This document shows positions 7,651 through 16,006 of a stretch of 62,853 nucleotides of DNA, piece after piece. Positions within the stretch are counted from its first letter, which is position 1; every line of letters begins with the position of its first letter. Position numbers and translations under genes: made by a program. Source of the DNA: a virus; IMG/VR virus record IMGVR_UViG_3300037419_001387; one strand, given 5' to 3'. The notes beneath the pieces were generated by a model. It saw only the letters and a list, made by a program, of their open reading frames with translations, did no database searches and was not told where the DNA came from.

Positions 7651-7985
7651 GGCTCGTTGACCTAGAGCCGGAGTGGCTCACGTATGGCCAAGATGAGCGC
7701 CGCCGATACATGGGCCATCCAGCGACTCTCGGTGAAGCACAGGGCATCTGGTTCCTTTGCCCTGGCTGCTTCGCGAAGAACGGTGGCCCGGTTGGCACAC
7801 ACATGACGATGGTTTCGTTCGCGGGCCGCAGTGTGCCAGAGGATCAGGGCAGCAAGAACCGTGAGGGCCAGCCTTCTCGCTGGACCGCGAGTGGAACTGG
7901 CTACATGGACCTGACCTTGTCCCCTTCGATCGACACCGGTTGCTGGCATGGCTGGGTCAAGAACGGCGAGGTGACCAACGCATGA
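7647..7985 (+). CDS. Cys-containing small protein inside the lysis cassette (DUF6527-like impression)
   Basis: GTG 7647 overlaps the endolysin stop (GTGA). Contains WFLCPGCFAKNGGPVGTH ... PSIDTGCWHGWVKNGEV. Confidence 0.5.
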   Translation: MRLVDLEPEWLTYGQDERRRYMGHPATLGEAQGIWFLCPGCFAKNGGPVGTHMTMVSFAGRSVPEDQGSKNREGQPSRWTASGTGYMDLTLSPSIDTGCWHGWVKNGEVTNA

Positions 7986-8347
7986 AGCGTCAATCCGGCT
8001 CCATCGCACTCGCGTTCCTCATCGTGCTGGCCGCGTCCTTGCTGGCGAACGCCGTCCTCTACAAGGCATGGCGCGGCGCGCATGACGAGTTCGTGAAGGC
8101 GCAATCGCAGTTCGAAGACCAGCGCGAGCAGACGGCCACCTGCAACAAGTCGATCGACAAGCTCGAGGCCGACGCGCGCGACCGCGCCACCGAGAACACG
8201 AAGCTGCGGCAGGAAGCGCAAAACCGCCGCCGCGCGCAGGAATCGCTCGCCCAGCAGATCCTCGCCACGCCTGCCACCGTGCCGGGCGACGACTGCAAGA
8301 GCGCACGCGATCGCGTTGCGAACTGGCTGAAGGCGAGGAAGCCATGA
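7982..8347 (+). CDS. Rz: i-spanin (Rz-like)
   Basis: ATGA overlap. N-terminal TM segment SIALAFLIVLAASLLANAVLY, then charged coiled coil. It directly precedes a lipoprotein gene. Confidence 0.7.
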   Translation: MKRQSGSIALAFLIVLAASLLANAVLYKAWRGAHDEFVKAQSQFEDQREQTATCNKSIDKLEADARDRATENTKLRQEAQNRRRAQESLAQQILATPATVPGDDCKSARDRVANWLKARKP

Positions 8348-8652
8348 CGCGCGGCCGCTGGACGTGGGACGCCGTCCTGAATGTCGCGTTGCTCGCGATC
8401 GTCGCGCTGCTTTTAAGCGCCTGTGGCGGGACCATGCCGACCCTGCCGGCGCGCACTGCCATCCCCGTGGAGTGCAAGGAGCCGATCCCCGAGCGGCCCG
8501 CCATGCCCACCGAAAACCTCGGCGCGAGCAGCACTTTGGACGCGAGCGTGCAGGCCATGCAGGCCGAAATCGCGCTGCGCGACGGCTACGAGGACCAGCT
8601 CGTCACGGCCTTGAAGGCGTGCACAGCCCCCATCACCCGGAGCAATCCATGA
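8344..8652 (+). CDS. Rz1: o-spanin (Rz1-like outer-membrane lipoprotein), in separated/overlapped architecture
   Basis: ATGA overlap. Lipobox LLLSAC follows a hydrophobic leader. The mature part is Pro-rich. Confidence 0.7.
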   Translation: MTRGRWTWDAVLNVALLAIVALLLSACGGTMPTLPARTAIPVECKEPIPERPAMPTENLGASSTLDASVQAMQAEIALRDGYEDQLVTALKACTAPITRSNP

Positions 8653-9413
8653 ATCGTCACTACCGCTACAACTGGCTGCGCTCGCCCTTCGACGTGCGCG
8701 ACCACGCTCACGAGTACGTCAAGACAGGCGCACCCAAGCCGCGCAAGCTGCTTCCCCCGCCTTCCGTTGGCGACGCTTACGACCAGGGGCAGGAAGGATC
8801 GTGCACTGCGAACGCGATCGCTCGTGTTGCCCGCGCGATGGGCGTGCATCCCGATCCGGCTCGCCAGTTCATCTACGTCGGTGAGCGCCTGATCGAAGGC
8901 ACGCCGCTGACCGCCGACAGCGGTGCCTATGGCCGTGACGGCGCAAGGCTGCTGCTTCACACGGGTGTGTGCGGCGAGGGCACGTTCCCCTACACGCACC
9001 ACGACATGGTGACCAAGCCACCGCAGAAGGCCTACGACGAGGCCAAGAACCATCGCATCAGCGGCTACAAGCACATCTACTCGGTGGGCGGCCTGATCGA
9101 TGCGCTCGCCGCTGGCCACCTGGTGCCATTCGGGTTCCAAGTGCCCGAGTCCTTCGAATCGCAGGAAGTGGCGAACACCGGCGTGCTCAACATGCCCGCG
9201 GCCGGCGAGAAGTTCGTCGGCGGCCATGAAGTGTTTGCCGCAGGCTACGACCTCGACGCGAATGTCGCTATCTGCGGCAACTCGTGGGGCCCTGACTGGG
9301 GCATGAAGCTCAAGCTGTCCGATGGCATCGAGCGTGGTGGCTTTTTCACCATCCCGCTCGCCTTCCTCGCCAGCCGCAAGCTGTGCGACGACTTCGTCGT
9401 GTTGGTGAAGTGA
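8649..9413 (+). CDS. Papain-like (C1 family) cysteine peptidase
   Basis: ATGA overlap. DQGQEGSCTANA (catalytic Cys context), GGHEVFAAGYD (His) and NSWGPDWG (Asn-Ser-Trp) are present. No signal peptide is visible. Confidence 0.7.
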   Translation: MNRHYRYNWLRSPFDVRDHAHEYVKTGAPKPRKLLPPPSVGDAYDQGQEGSCTANAIARVARAMGVHPDPARQFIYVGERLIEGTPLTADSGAYGRDGARLLLHTGVCGEGTFPYTHHDMVTKPPQKAYDEAKNHRISGYKHIYSVGGLIDALAAGHLVPFGFQVPESFESQEVANTGVLNMPAAGEKFVGGHEVFAAGYDLDANVAICGNSWGPDWGMKLKLSDGIERGGFFTIPLAFLASRKLCDDFVVLVK

Positions 9414-9414
9414 C

Positions 9415-9618
9415 ATGGCACCGCACCAGCAACGCGTCGTCGACGAGCAGAAGGAACTCGCAGGCCGCATTGAGCGCCTGACGTCGTTCACCACCGGCCC
9501 GGTGTTCGCGGGATTGCCGGAAGCCGAGCGCTCGCGCCTTTCCCGCCAGCTCTATCACATGGAGCAGTACGACCGCGCACTGCTGGAGCGAATCGGCGCA
9601 TTCACCCCGAGCGTGTAG
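9415..9618 (+). CDS. Hypothetical small helical protein
   Basis: Starts 2 nt after the previous stop. 67 aa, lying just before terS. Confidence 0.5.
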   Translation: MAPHQQRVVDEQKELAGRIERLTSFTTGPVFAGLPEAERSRLSRQLYHMEQYDRALLERIGAFTPSV

Positions 9619-10326
9619 ATGGCCACAGCGAAGAAGGCGAACGCAGGTAAGAGCGCGAAGAAACTGACGAAACGCGCCATGCCTGCTCGCAAGTCGTCAC
9701 AAAAGCGCGCCGCTCCAGTGAAGGCCGCAGCCGCGAAAGTGGCGAAAACCGCCGAGGAAGTGCCGAAGCTCAAGCCGCTGTCGCCGCAACACGCGCTTTT
9801 CGTGTCCGAGTTCCTGAAAGACCGCAGCGCGACGAAAGCCGCGATTCGAGCCGGTTACAGCGAGAAGACGGCCGGGCAGATCGGCTACCAGCTTCTTCAA
9901 AATCCTTCAATCCGGGCGGCGATCGACGAGGGCCTCGACAAGCTGCTGACCGACAACGGCCTGACTGCCGCTCGCGTGCTGAAGGAAATGGCGCGCCTGG
10001 CGTTCTTCGACCCGGCCAAGCTGTACGACAAGGACGGCAAGCTGCTGCCCATCACGCAAGTCGACGAGGACACACGCGCGGCGATCGCGGCCATCGAAAT
10101 CGAGGGCACGCGCACCAGCAAGGCTGGCGAGACGGCAAAGGTCAAGCTCACCGACAAGGGCGCTGCGCTGCGCATGGCGGCCCAGCACTTCGGCCTGCTC
10201 AAGGAGCACGTGGAGCTCACCGGCAAGGATGGCGGCCCGATCGAGACGCGTGAGCTGTCCGATCCTGAGCGCGCCGTCAGGCTGGCCAAGATCCTGGCCG
10301 CAGCACGCGCGAGGGTGAAGAAGTGA
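9619..10326 (+). CDS. terS: Terminase small subunit
   Basis: LSPQHALFVSEFLKDRSATKAAIRAGYSEKTAGQIGYQLLQNPSIRAAI matches the Terminase_2-type HTH signature. The N-terminal tail is Lys/Ala-rich. Confidence 0.85.
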   Translation: MATAKKANAGKSAKKLTKRAMPARKSSQKRAAPVKAAAAKVAKTAEEVPKLKPLSPQHALFVSEFLKDRSATKAAIRAGYSEKTAGQIGYQLLQNPSIRAAIDEGLDKLLTDNGLTAARVLKEMARLAFFDPAKLYDKDGKLLPITQVDEDTRAAIAAIEIEGTRTSKAGETAKVKLTDKGAALRMAAQHFGLLKEHVELTGKDGGPIETRELSDPERAVRLAKILAAARARVKK

Positions 10327-11864
10327 CCGTCGCCGAAGAGATCCTCGAGGTGCTGCCGTTCCTCACGACCGAGGAAAAGCGCGAGCTCGACGAACTGCTG
10401 CTGTCCGGCACGCCGGTGTGGGTTCCGCAGGAAGGCCCGCAAACGACTGCGCTCCTGTCCGAAGCCGACATCGTGTTCTACGGCGGGCAAGCCGGCGGCG
10501 GAAAGACCGACCTGTTGATTGGCGCTGCGCTCACGCAACACAAGCGAAGCCAGATCTTCCGGCGCGAAGGCACGCAGCTTGTCGGCATCGAAGAACGCAT
10601 GCTCGACGAGATTCTCGGCAGCCGCGCCGGCTACAACGGGCAGGAAGGCATCCTGCGCTGGCAAGGCAAGGTCATCGAGCTTTGCGCGGTCAAGGACGAG
10701 AACAGCAAGAAGAAGTACCAGGGCCGCCCGGCCGACCTGAAGGCGTTCGACGAAATCACGCACTTCAGCGAGAGCCAGTTCCGCTTCCTGATCGGCTGGC
10801 TGCGCACGAACGACCCGTCGCAGCGCTGCCGCGTGATCTGCGCGGGCAACCCGCCGACCGACGCCGATGGCGAATGGGTGATCCGCTTTTTCGCGCCGTG
10901 GCTGGATCCCACGCACCCCAATCCGGCGAAGTCGGGCGAGCTGCGCTGGTACATCGTCGACGCCGACGGCCACGATGTCGAAGTGCCCGGGCCCGAGCCC
11001 GTGATGGTCAAGGGCAAGCCGGTCAAGCCCAAGAGCCGCACGTTCATCCGCTCGACGCTCGAAGACAACCTGTTCTATTCGATCGGCGACTACCGCGCCG
11101 TGCTGCAAAGCCTGCCCGAGCCGCTTCGCAGCCAGATGGCCGAGGGCAACTTCAACGCCGGCCGCACTGACCACGTCTGGCAAGTGATCCCCACGGAGTG
11201 GATCAAGGCCGCGATGGCGCGCTGGGTCGATCGCGAAGCGCAAGGTCTACCCAAAGGGCCGATGACTGCGCTGGGCGTCGATCCGTCGCGCGGCGGTATC
11301 GACAAGACCGCAGCGGCCCGCCGGCACGGCGCATGGTTCGACAAGGTGCTGTCGGTGCCTGGCGCGATGACCAAGGACGGCCCGACGGCCGCGGGCTTCG
11401 TTGTTCCGCTGCTGCGCAACAAGGCGCCGATCGTCGTGGACTCGATCGGTGTGGGCGGCTCGGTGCTCGACCACCTCAAGGGCTTGAACCTGCGTGTGGT
11501 CGCGATGGTGGCCAGCGAAGCGAGCACAGGGCGCGACGAAACCGGCAACCTGCGCTTCAAGAACCGGCGCTCCGAAGTCGCATGGCGCATGCGCGAAGCG
11601 CTGGACCCGACGGCAGAGGAGCCGCTTGCGCTGCCGCCCGATCAGGAGCTGCTCGGCGACCTGTGCGCCATGCGCTTCAAGATCGTCCCGATGGGCAAGG
11701 AAGCCGGGATCCTCGTGCGCGACAAGGACGAGATCCGCGAAGTGCTCGGGCGCTCGCCGGACAAGGGAGACGCTGTGCTGATGACGTTCATGGACGGCTT
11801 GCCGCTCGCGGCGGCAGGCGACGACGCCGTGGCGTGGCGCAAGAAACGGGGGCTTGAAGAATGA
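10323..11864 (+). CDS. terL: Terminase large subunit
   Basis: GTGA overlap with terS. Walker A is GGQAGGGKTD and Walker B-like is LKAFDEITHF. 513 aa. Confidence 0.85.
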   Translation: MTVAEEILEVLPFLTTEEKRELDELLLSGTPVWVPQEGPQTTALLSEADIVFYGGQAGGGKTDLLIGAALTQHKRSQIFRREGTQLVGIEERMLDEILGSRAGYNGQEGILRWQGKVIELCAVKDENSKKKYQGRPADLKAFDEITHFSESQFRFLIGWLRTNDPSQRCRVICAGNPPTDADGEWVIRFFAPWLDPTHPNPAKSGELRWYIVDADGHDVEVPGPEPVMVKGKPVKPKSRTFIRSTLEDNLFYSIGDYRAVLQSLPEPLRSQMAEGNFNAGRTDHVWQVIPTEWIKAAMARWVDREAQGLPKGPMTALGVDPSRGGIDKTAAARRHGAWFDKVLSVPGAMTKDGPTAAGFVVPLLRNKAPIVVDSIGVGGSVLDHLKGLNLRVVAMVASEASTGRDETGNLRFKNRRSEVAWRMREALDPTAEEPLALPPDQELLGDLCAMRFKIVPMGKEAGILVRDKDEIREVLGRSPDKGDAVLMTFMDGLPLAAAGDDAVAWRKKRGLEE

Positions 11865-13978
11865 CGATCACCAACGCCATCAAGCCGCTGAAGCCGCCGG
11901 TGGACGGTGTCGCGCCCGATCGCGACCACGCCAAGGGCGGTTTCTCGCTGTTCGCGCTCGAGCAGCTCGTGCGCGACTGCGATGGCCAGCCTGACTGGCG
12001 CCCGCGCGCGGACCTCGCGCACTGCTACTACGACTTCAAGCAGCTGTCACCGGAAAAGCAGCACCGCATCCGCATGGAAATGGGGATCGACCCGCGGCAG
12101 ACGAACCTCATTCATGGCGTGATCAACGGCGTGCTCGGCCAGGAAGCGGCGCGTCGCACCGACGTGAAGGTCGAGGCCGACGACGACACGCTTGCCGACC
12201 TGTGCGACGTGTTCTCCAAGTGCATGAAGGAGGCGCGGCGCGAGAGCTACGCAGACATGGCCATCAGCGATGCGTACGCCGGGCAGGTCAAGGGCGGTAT
12301 CGGCTGGGTCGAGGTGAGCCGCTGCAGCGACCCGCTCGACTATCCGTATCGCATCACCGACATCCACCGAAACGAAATCTGGTACGACTGGCGTGCCAAG
12401 GACAAGTCCCTGCGCGATGCGCGCTGGCTCGCGCGCAAGCGCTGGATGGACCTCGATGAGGCGGTGGCGATGCTGCCGCAGTTCAAGGAAATCCTGATGT
12501 CCGCCGTCAACGGCTGGAACGTCATGGCCATCCCCGACGACGTCGACCACGTGCTCTATCGCAGCTGGAACAACGAGCGCACCACAAGGATCTCGCGCGA
12601 CGAATGGCTCGACTCGACGCGCCGGCGCATCAAGTTCTTCGAAATCTGGTACCGCGTGCCCGCCGAAGTGGTGGTGATGCAGATCAGCCCCACGCGGCGC
12701 ATCGTGTTCGACCCGAACAACCCACTGCATCAAGCGGCCGTGACCAAGGGCCGCGTGCAACTGTTCAAGTCCGTGACGCGGCAGATCCGCATGGCGCTGT
12801 TCGCCGGGCCGCACCGCCTGCTCGACGTCGGCACGAAAAAGCGCAATTTCCCCTACATCCCGTTCTTCGCCTTCCGCGACGACGAAGACCGCAGCCCCTA
12901 CGGCCTGATCGAAGGGATGATCAGCCCGCAGGACGAGTACAACGAGCGCCGCCAGATGATCCACTGGATGCTCAAGGCGCGGCAGATTCAGGTCGAGTCG
13001 GATGCGCTCGACACGAGATACAACACGCTGGCGGATCTCGCTGACGAGGCCTCGCGCCCCGACTTCATGGCGGTCCTCGACCCGAACCGCAAGAACGAGA
13101 ACGCGCTGAAGATCGGCAATGACCTCAGTCTCCAGAAGGAGCAGGTCGATGTCATGCAGGACGCCAAACAGTTGATCCAGGAGGTGCCGCGCATCTACTC
13201 GACGCAGCTGGGCAACGCGCCTGCCGGTGTGACCTCGGGCATCGCCATCAACTCGCTGACCGAGCAGGGCATGGTCGCGATGGCCGAATTGAACGACAAC
13301 TACACGCTCGCCCGTCGTCTCGTACACGAGCAACTGCTCGACATGATCATGGAGGACCACCTCGCGGTGAACCTGCCGGTGACGCTGGGCCAAGGCATGA
13401 GCAAACGCGTCGTGGTGCTCAACACGTTCGATCCGCAGACGAACATGCCGGTCAACCAGGTCAAGGACGCCAACGTCAAGGTCGGCCTTGCCGATGTCCC
13501 GAACACGCCGGCCTACCGGATGCAGGAGCAGCAGCAACTCGGAACTATCATCCAGGCGCTGTCGAACAACCCGCAAGCCATCGCGGTGCTCACGCCGGCG
13601 TACATCGAAGGATCGAGCCTCGCCAACCGCGGAGAACTCGCCGACGACCTGCGGCGCATCGCCGGGCTTCCCACTTCGGGCGATCGCCAAGGGCAGCAGC
13701 AACTCGCGCAGCAGCGCGCGGCCCAGTCCGCGCAGCAGCAGGCCGCACAGCAGCAGGCCCAACAGGTCGCACTCGAAAAGGCTCAGGCCGACACGACGAA
13801 GACGCAGGCCGACGCCGAGCGGCAGGCAGCACTCGCGCGCAAGGATCACGCGCAGGCCGACTTGCTCACGGTGCAAGCGCACAAGGAAATGACCGCGCCG
13901 CCGCCCGCATGGGGCAAGGAGACGGTCGACGAGGAACGAGTCATCAAGGACGCGCTCGCTCGCGCGGCCGCAACCTGA
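11861..13978 (+). CDS. Portal protein
   Basis: ATGA overlap with terL. 705 aa, with a C-terminal Gln/Ala coiled coil (QQQLAQQRAAQSAQQQAAQQQAQQ) as in long-barrel podovirus portals. Confidence 0.8.
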   Translation: MTITNAIKPLKPPVDGVAPDRDHAKGGFSLFALEQLVRDCDGQPDWRPRADLAHCYYDFKQLSPEKQHRIRMEMGIDPRQTNLIHGVINGVLGQEAARRTDVKVEADDDTLADLCDVFSKCMKEARRESYADMAISDAYAGQVKGGIGWVEVSRCSDPLDYPYRITDIHRNEIWYDWRAKDKSLRDARWLARKRWMDLDEAVAMLPQFKEILMSAVNGWNVMAIPDDVDHVLYRSWNNERTTRISRDEWLDSTRRRIKFFEIWYRVPAEVVVMQISPTRRIVFDPNNPLHQAAVTKGRVQLFKSVTRQIRMALFAGPHRLLDVGTKKRNFPYIPFFAFRDDEDRSPYGLIEGMISPQDEYNERRQMIHWMLKARQIQVESDALDTRYNTLADLADEASRPDFMAVLDPNRKNENALKIGNDLSLQKEQVDVMQDAKQLIQEVPRIYSTQLGNAPAGVTSGIAINSLTEQGMVAMAELNDNYTLARRLVHEQLLDMIMEDHLAVNLPVTLGQGMSKRVVVLNTFDPQTNMPVNQVKDANVKVGLADVPNTPAYRMQEQQQLGTIIQALSNNPQAIAVLTPAYIEGSSLANRGELADDLRRIAGLPTSGDRQGQQQLAQQRAAQSAQQQAAQQQAQQVALEKAQADTTKTQADAERQAALARKDHAQADLLTVQAHKEMTAPPPAWGKETVDEERVIKDALARAAAT

Positions 13979-13991
13979 AAGGAAGACCACC

Positions 13992-14330
13992 ATGAAGACC
14001 GCAGCCGCAATTCCCGCCGCGATGGACGACTACCAGGCGCAGGACGACATGCGCACGCTCACGCGTGCCGAGGAAATCAAGGCCGATGCCAAGCGCCACC
14101 AGAAGGCGTTGTCACACGGGCAGCAGCAGATGGCCGCGCTGAAGAACGTCGTGCAGCCCGACGCCGACGACAAGGCTGGCGTGAAAGAGAAGGGCGAAGG
14201 CACGAAGGCCGAAGAGGCCCAGGACGCAAAGCTGCCCAAGCGCGGCCAGCGCACGGCCACGAATGCCGCGACGAAAGCGATGGGCGCGGCCAAGCGCCCG
14301 ATGAAGATCAATCGCGCGACGGTGATCTGA
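13992..14330 (+). CDS. Lys-rich small protein after the portal gene. Its C-terminal tail is paralogous to that of the next gene.
   Basis: Ends ...KAMGAAKRPMKINRATVI. Confidence 0.55.
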   Translation: MKTAAAIPAAMDDYQAQDDMRTLTRAEEIKADAKRHQKALSHGQQQMAALKNVVQPDADDKAGVKEKGEGTKAEEAQDAKLPKRGQRTATNAATKAMGAAKRPMKINRATVI

Positions 14331-14331
14331 C

Positions 14332-14580
14332 GTGGCCAAGCTGACGACGCAGCAACGCAAGGACATGGGCGCGGACGAATTCGCCCTGCCCGGCAAGCGC
14401 TTCCCGCTCAACGACAAGGGGCACGACGAGAAGGCGCTGCAGCTGGCCCCGCGATCCGAGAAGGCCGGCAACATCAGCAAGGCGCAGGAGCAGCACGTCG
14501 AAGCCGAGGCGCGCTCCAAGCTCAAGGCCATGGGCCCGGCCAAGCGTGGCAACCGCCCGAACAAGGCGACGGTGATTTGA
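14332..14580 (+). CDS. DUF6582-like small protein with a paralogous C-terminal tail
   Basis: GTG start. Contains FALPGKRFPLNDKGHDEKAL and ends ...KAMGPAKRGNRPNKATVI. Confidence 0.55.
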   Translation: MAKLTTQQRKDMGADEFALPGKRFPLNDKGHDEKALQLAPRSEKAGNISKAQEQHVEAEARSKLKAMGPAKRGNRPNKATVI

Positions 14581-14735
14581 TGACCGACGACACGTTCCCG
14601 GTGAACCTGCTACTTGCGAATCTGCGCATTCGCGAGCTCGAGCAATGGATGGCCGAGTACGTCGCCCGTGGTTGGGACATTCCGCACACGTTCGTGCGTG
14701 ACTGGCTCATGGCCAAGTTCGGCCAGAGCTGCTGA
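14580..14735 (+). CDS. Hand-called 51-aa ORF (below the track cutoff)
   Basis: ATGA overlap with the upstream stop. MTDDTFPVNLLLANLRIRELEQWMAEYVARGWDIPHTFVRDWLMAKFGQSC, with high GC3. Confidence 0.45.
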   Translation: MTDDTFPVNLLLANLRIRELEQWMAEYVARGWDIPHTFVRDWLMAKFGQSC

Positions 14736-14844
14736 TTCAATCGCCCCGGCGAGTCGCCGACGACGGGGTGTAGCAAGGCGAAGCTCCCGCTGCGGGTTTC
14801 ATCGCGCCTGCGGCAGTGGTATTCGATGCGATGCGACAGCAGCA

Positions 14845-14880
14845 AGCCCCGCGCTTTACGGCCCGGGGCTTTTTGTTTGT
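14845..14880 (+). terminator. Intrinsic terminator between the portal block and the scaffold gene
   Basis: AGCCCCG ... CGGGGCT stem followed by TTTTTGTTTGT. Confidence 0.6.
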
Positions 14881-14912
14881 CTCGGAGCCATCCGGTAACT
14901 GGCAGAGGAACT

Positions 14913-15965
14913 ATGGAACCCGACCAAAAAGGAACCACGACAGAACTCGACCTGGCAGACCTCAGCGACGCAGAGCTCGAACGCCTCCAGCAGGAGGAAG
15001 ACGGCGAACTGCAAGCTGACGAAACCACCACGGACGCCACGCAAGGCGCCGACGGTACCGATGCAGCCGCAGCCGCGGCGGCGAAGGATACCGACACGGC
15101 CGCCGACAAGGGCAAGCCCGAAGGTGAGCAAGCCAAGACCGAAACGGCCGCAGCGACCAGCGCAGGCGCCGAGACGGGAAAGGCAGGCAAGCCCGAAGGT
15201 GTTCAGTCCAAGGACGGTTCGCGCGTTCTTCCGTATGCGGCATTGCAGGCCGAGCGCAGAGCCGCTCGCGCAGCATCCGCACGGGCCGAACGCGCCGAGA
15301 AGGAGCTGGCCACCGCCAAGCAGCAGATCGAAGACCTGAAATCGGGCAAGGCCCCCATCGCTGACCTCACCGAAGAGGAAGTACAGCAGATGGAGGCGGA
15401 CTTCCCGGCTCAGGGCAAGAAGCTGCGCGCTCTGTGGGAGAAGGCGCAAGCCGCACCCACGGGCACGACGGACAAGGGCAGCGACACGCCAGACGACGAT
15501 GACCCCGCACTGCGCACGCAGGAACTGATCGACCAGGTGCCGATGCTGCTCGAGTGGCAGCACAACGACCCGGAGAAGTTCCAGCGCGCCATCGCGGTCG
15601 ACGCGGTTTACACCAAGTCGCCCAAGTGGGTCGGAAAGGATCCGCTCGATCGCTTCGAGGCCGTCGCGCGCTTTGTCGCCGACGAGTACGGCATCGAGTA
15701 CGAGCCGGGAAAGACCAAGACCTCTGACACCGCAGCAGCGACAACGCAGCCGGCCAAATCGCCCGCCGCGTCCGCTGCTCCCGCCGCCGCGCTGAAAGAG
15801 CCCGAGCGCCGACAGCCTGAAACGCTCTCCGACTTCAAGACGGGGGGCTCGACGCCTGACCACGGATCGATCGACATCCGCGGGAGTAATCCCCGCGCGC
15901 TGCTCGACAAGTTCATGGGCATGAGCGACCAGGACATCGACGCGCAGCTCGCTCGGCTCGGCTGA
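14913..15965 (+). CDS. Scaffolding protein
   Basis: GAGGAA RBS. The protein is acidic, Ala/Glu-rich and low-complexity helical. It lies immediately upstream of the capsid gene. Track ORF 14826.. is extended. Confidence 0.7.
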   Translation: MEPDQKGTTTELDLADLSDAELERLQQEEDGELQADETTTDATQGADGTDAAAAAAAKDTDTAADKGKPEGEQAKTETAAATSAGAETGKAGKPEGVQSKDGSRVLPYAALQAERRAARAASARAERAEKELATAKQQIEDLKSGKAPIADLTEEEVQQMEADFPAQGKKLRALWEKAQAAPTGTTDKGSDTPDDDDPALRTQELIDQVPMLLEWQHNDPEKFQRAIAVDAVYTKSPKWVGKDPLDRFEAVARFVADEYGIEYEPGKTKTSDTAAATTQPAKSPAASAAPAAALKEPERRQPETLSDFKTGGSTPDHGSIDIRGSNPRALLDKFMGMSDQDIDAQLARLG

Positions 15966-16006
15966 ACCGAAACCGCATCGCGCGCGAAAGCGCGTAGGAG
16001 TTCTCC

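Noticed and set aside
12047-13993. 648-aa minus-strand ORF antisense to the portal gene. Similar long antisense or alternate-frame ORFs occur at 6415..7599, 15608..17125, 26633..28492, 31627..34063, 35720..37729 and 53407..55320.
   Set aside because: These are shadow ORFs typical of GC-rich DNA. Their translations are Arg/Ala/Gly/His-rich with no motifs, and the opposite or alternate frame carries recognisable proteins with operon-consistent overlaps.
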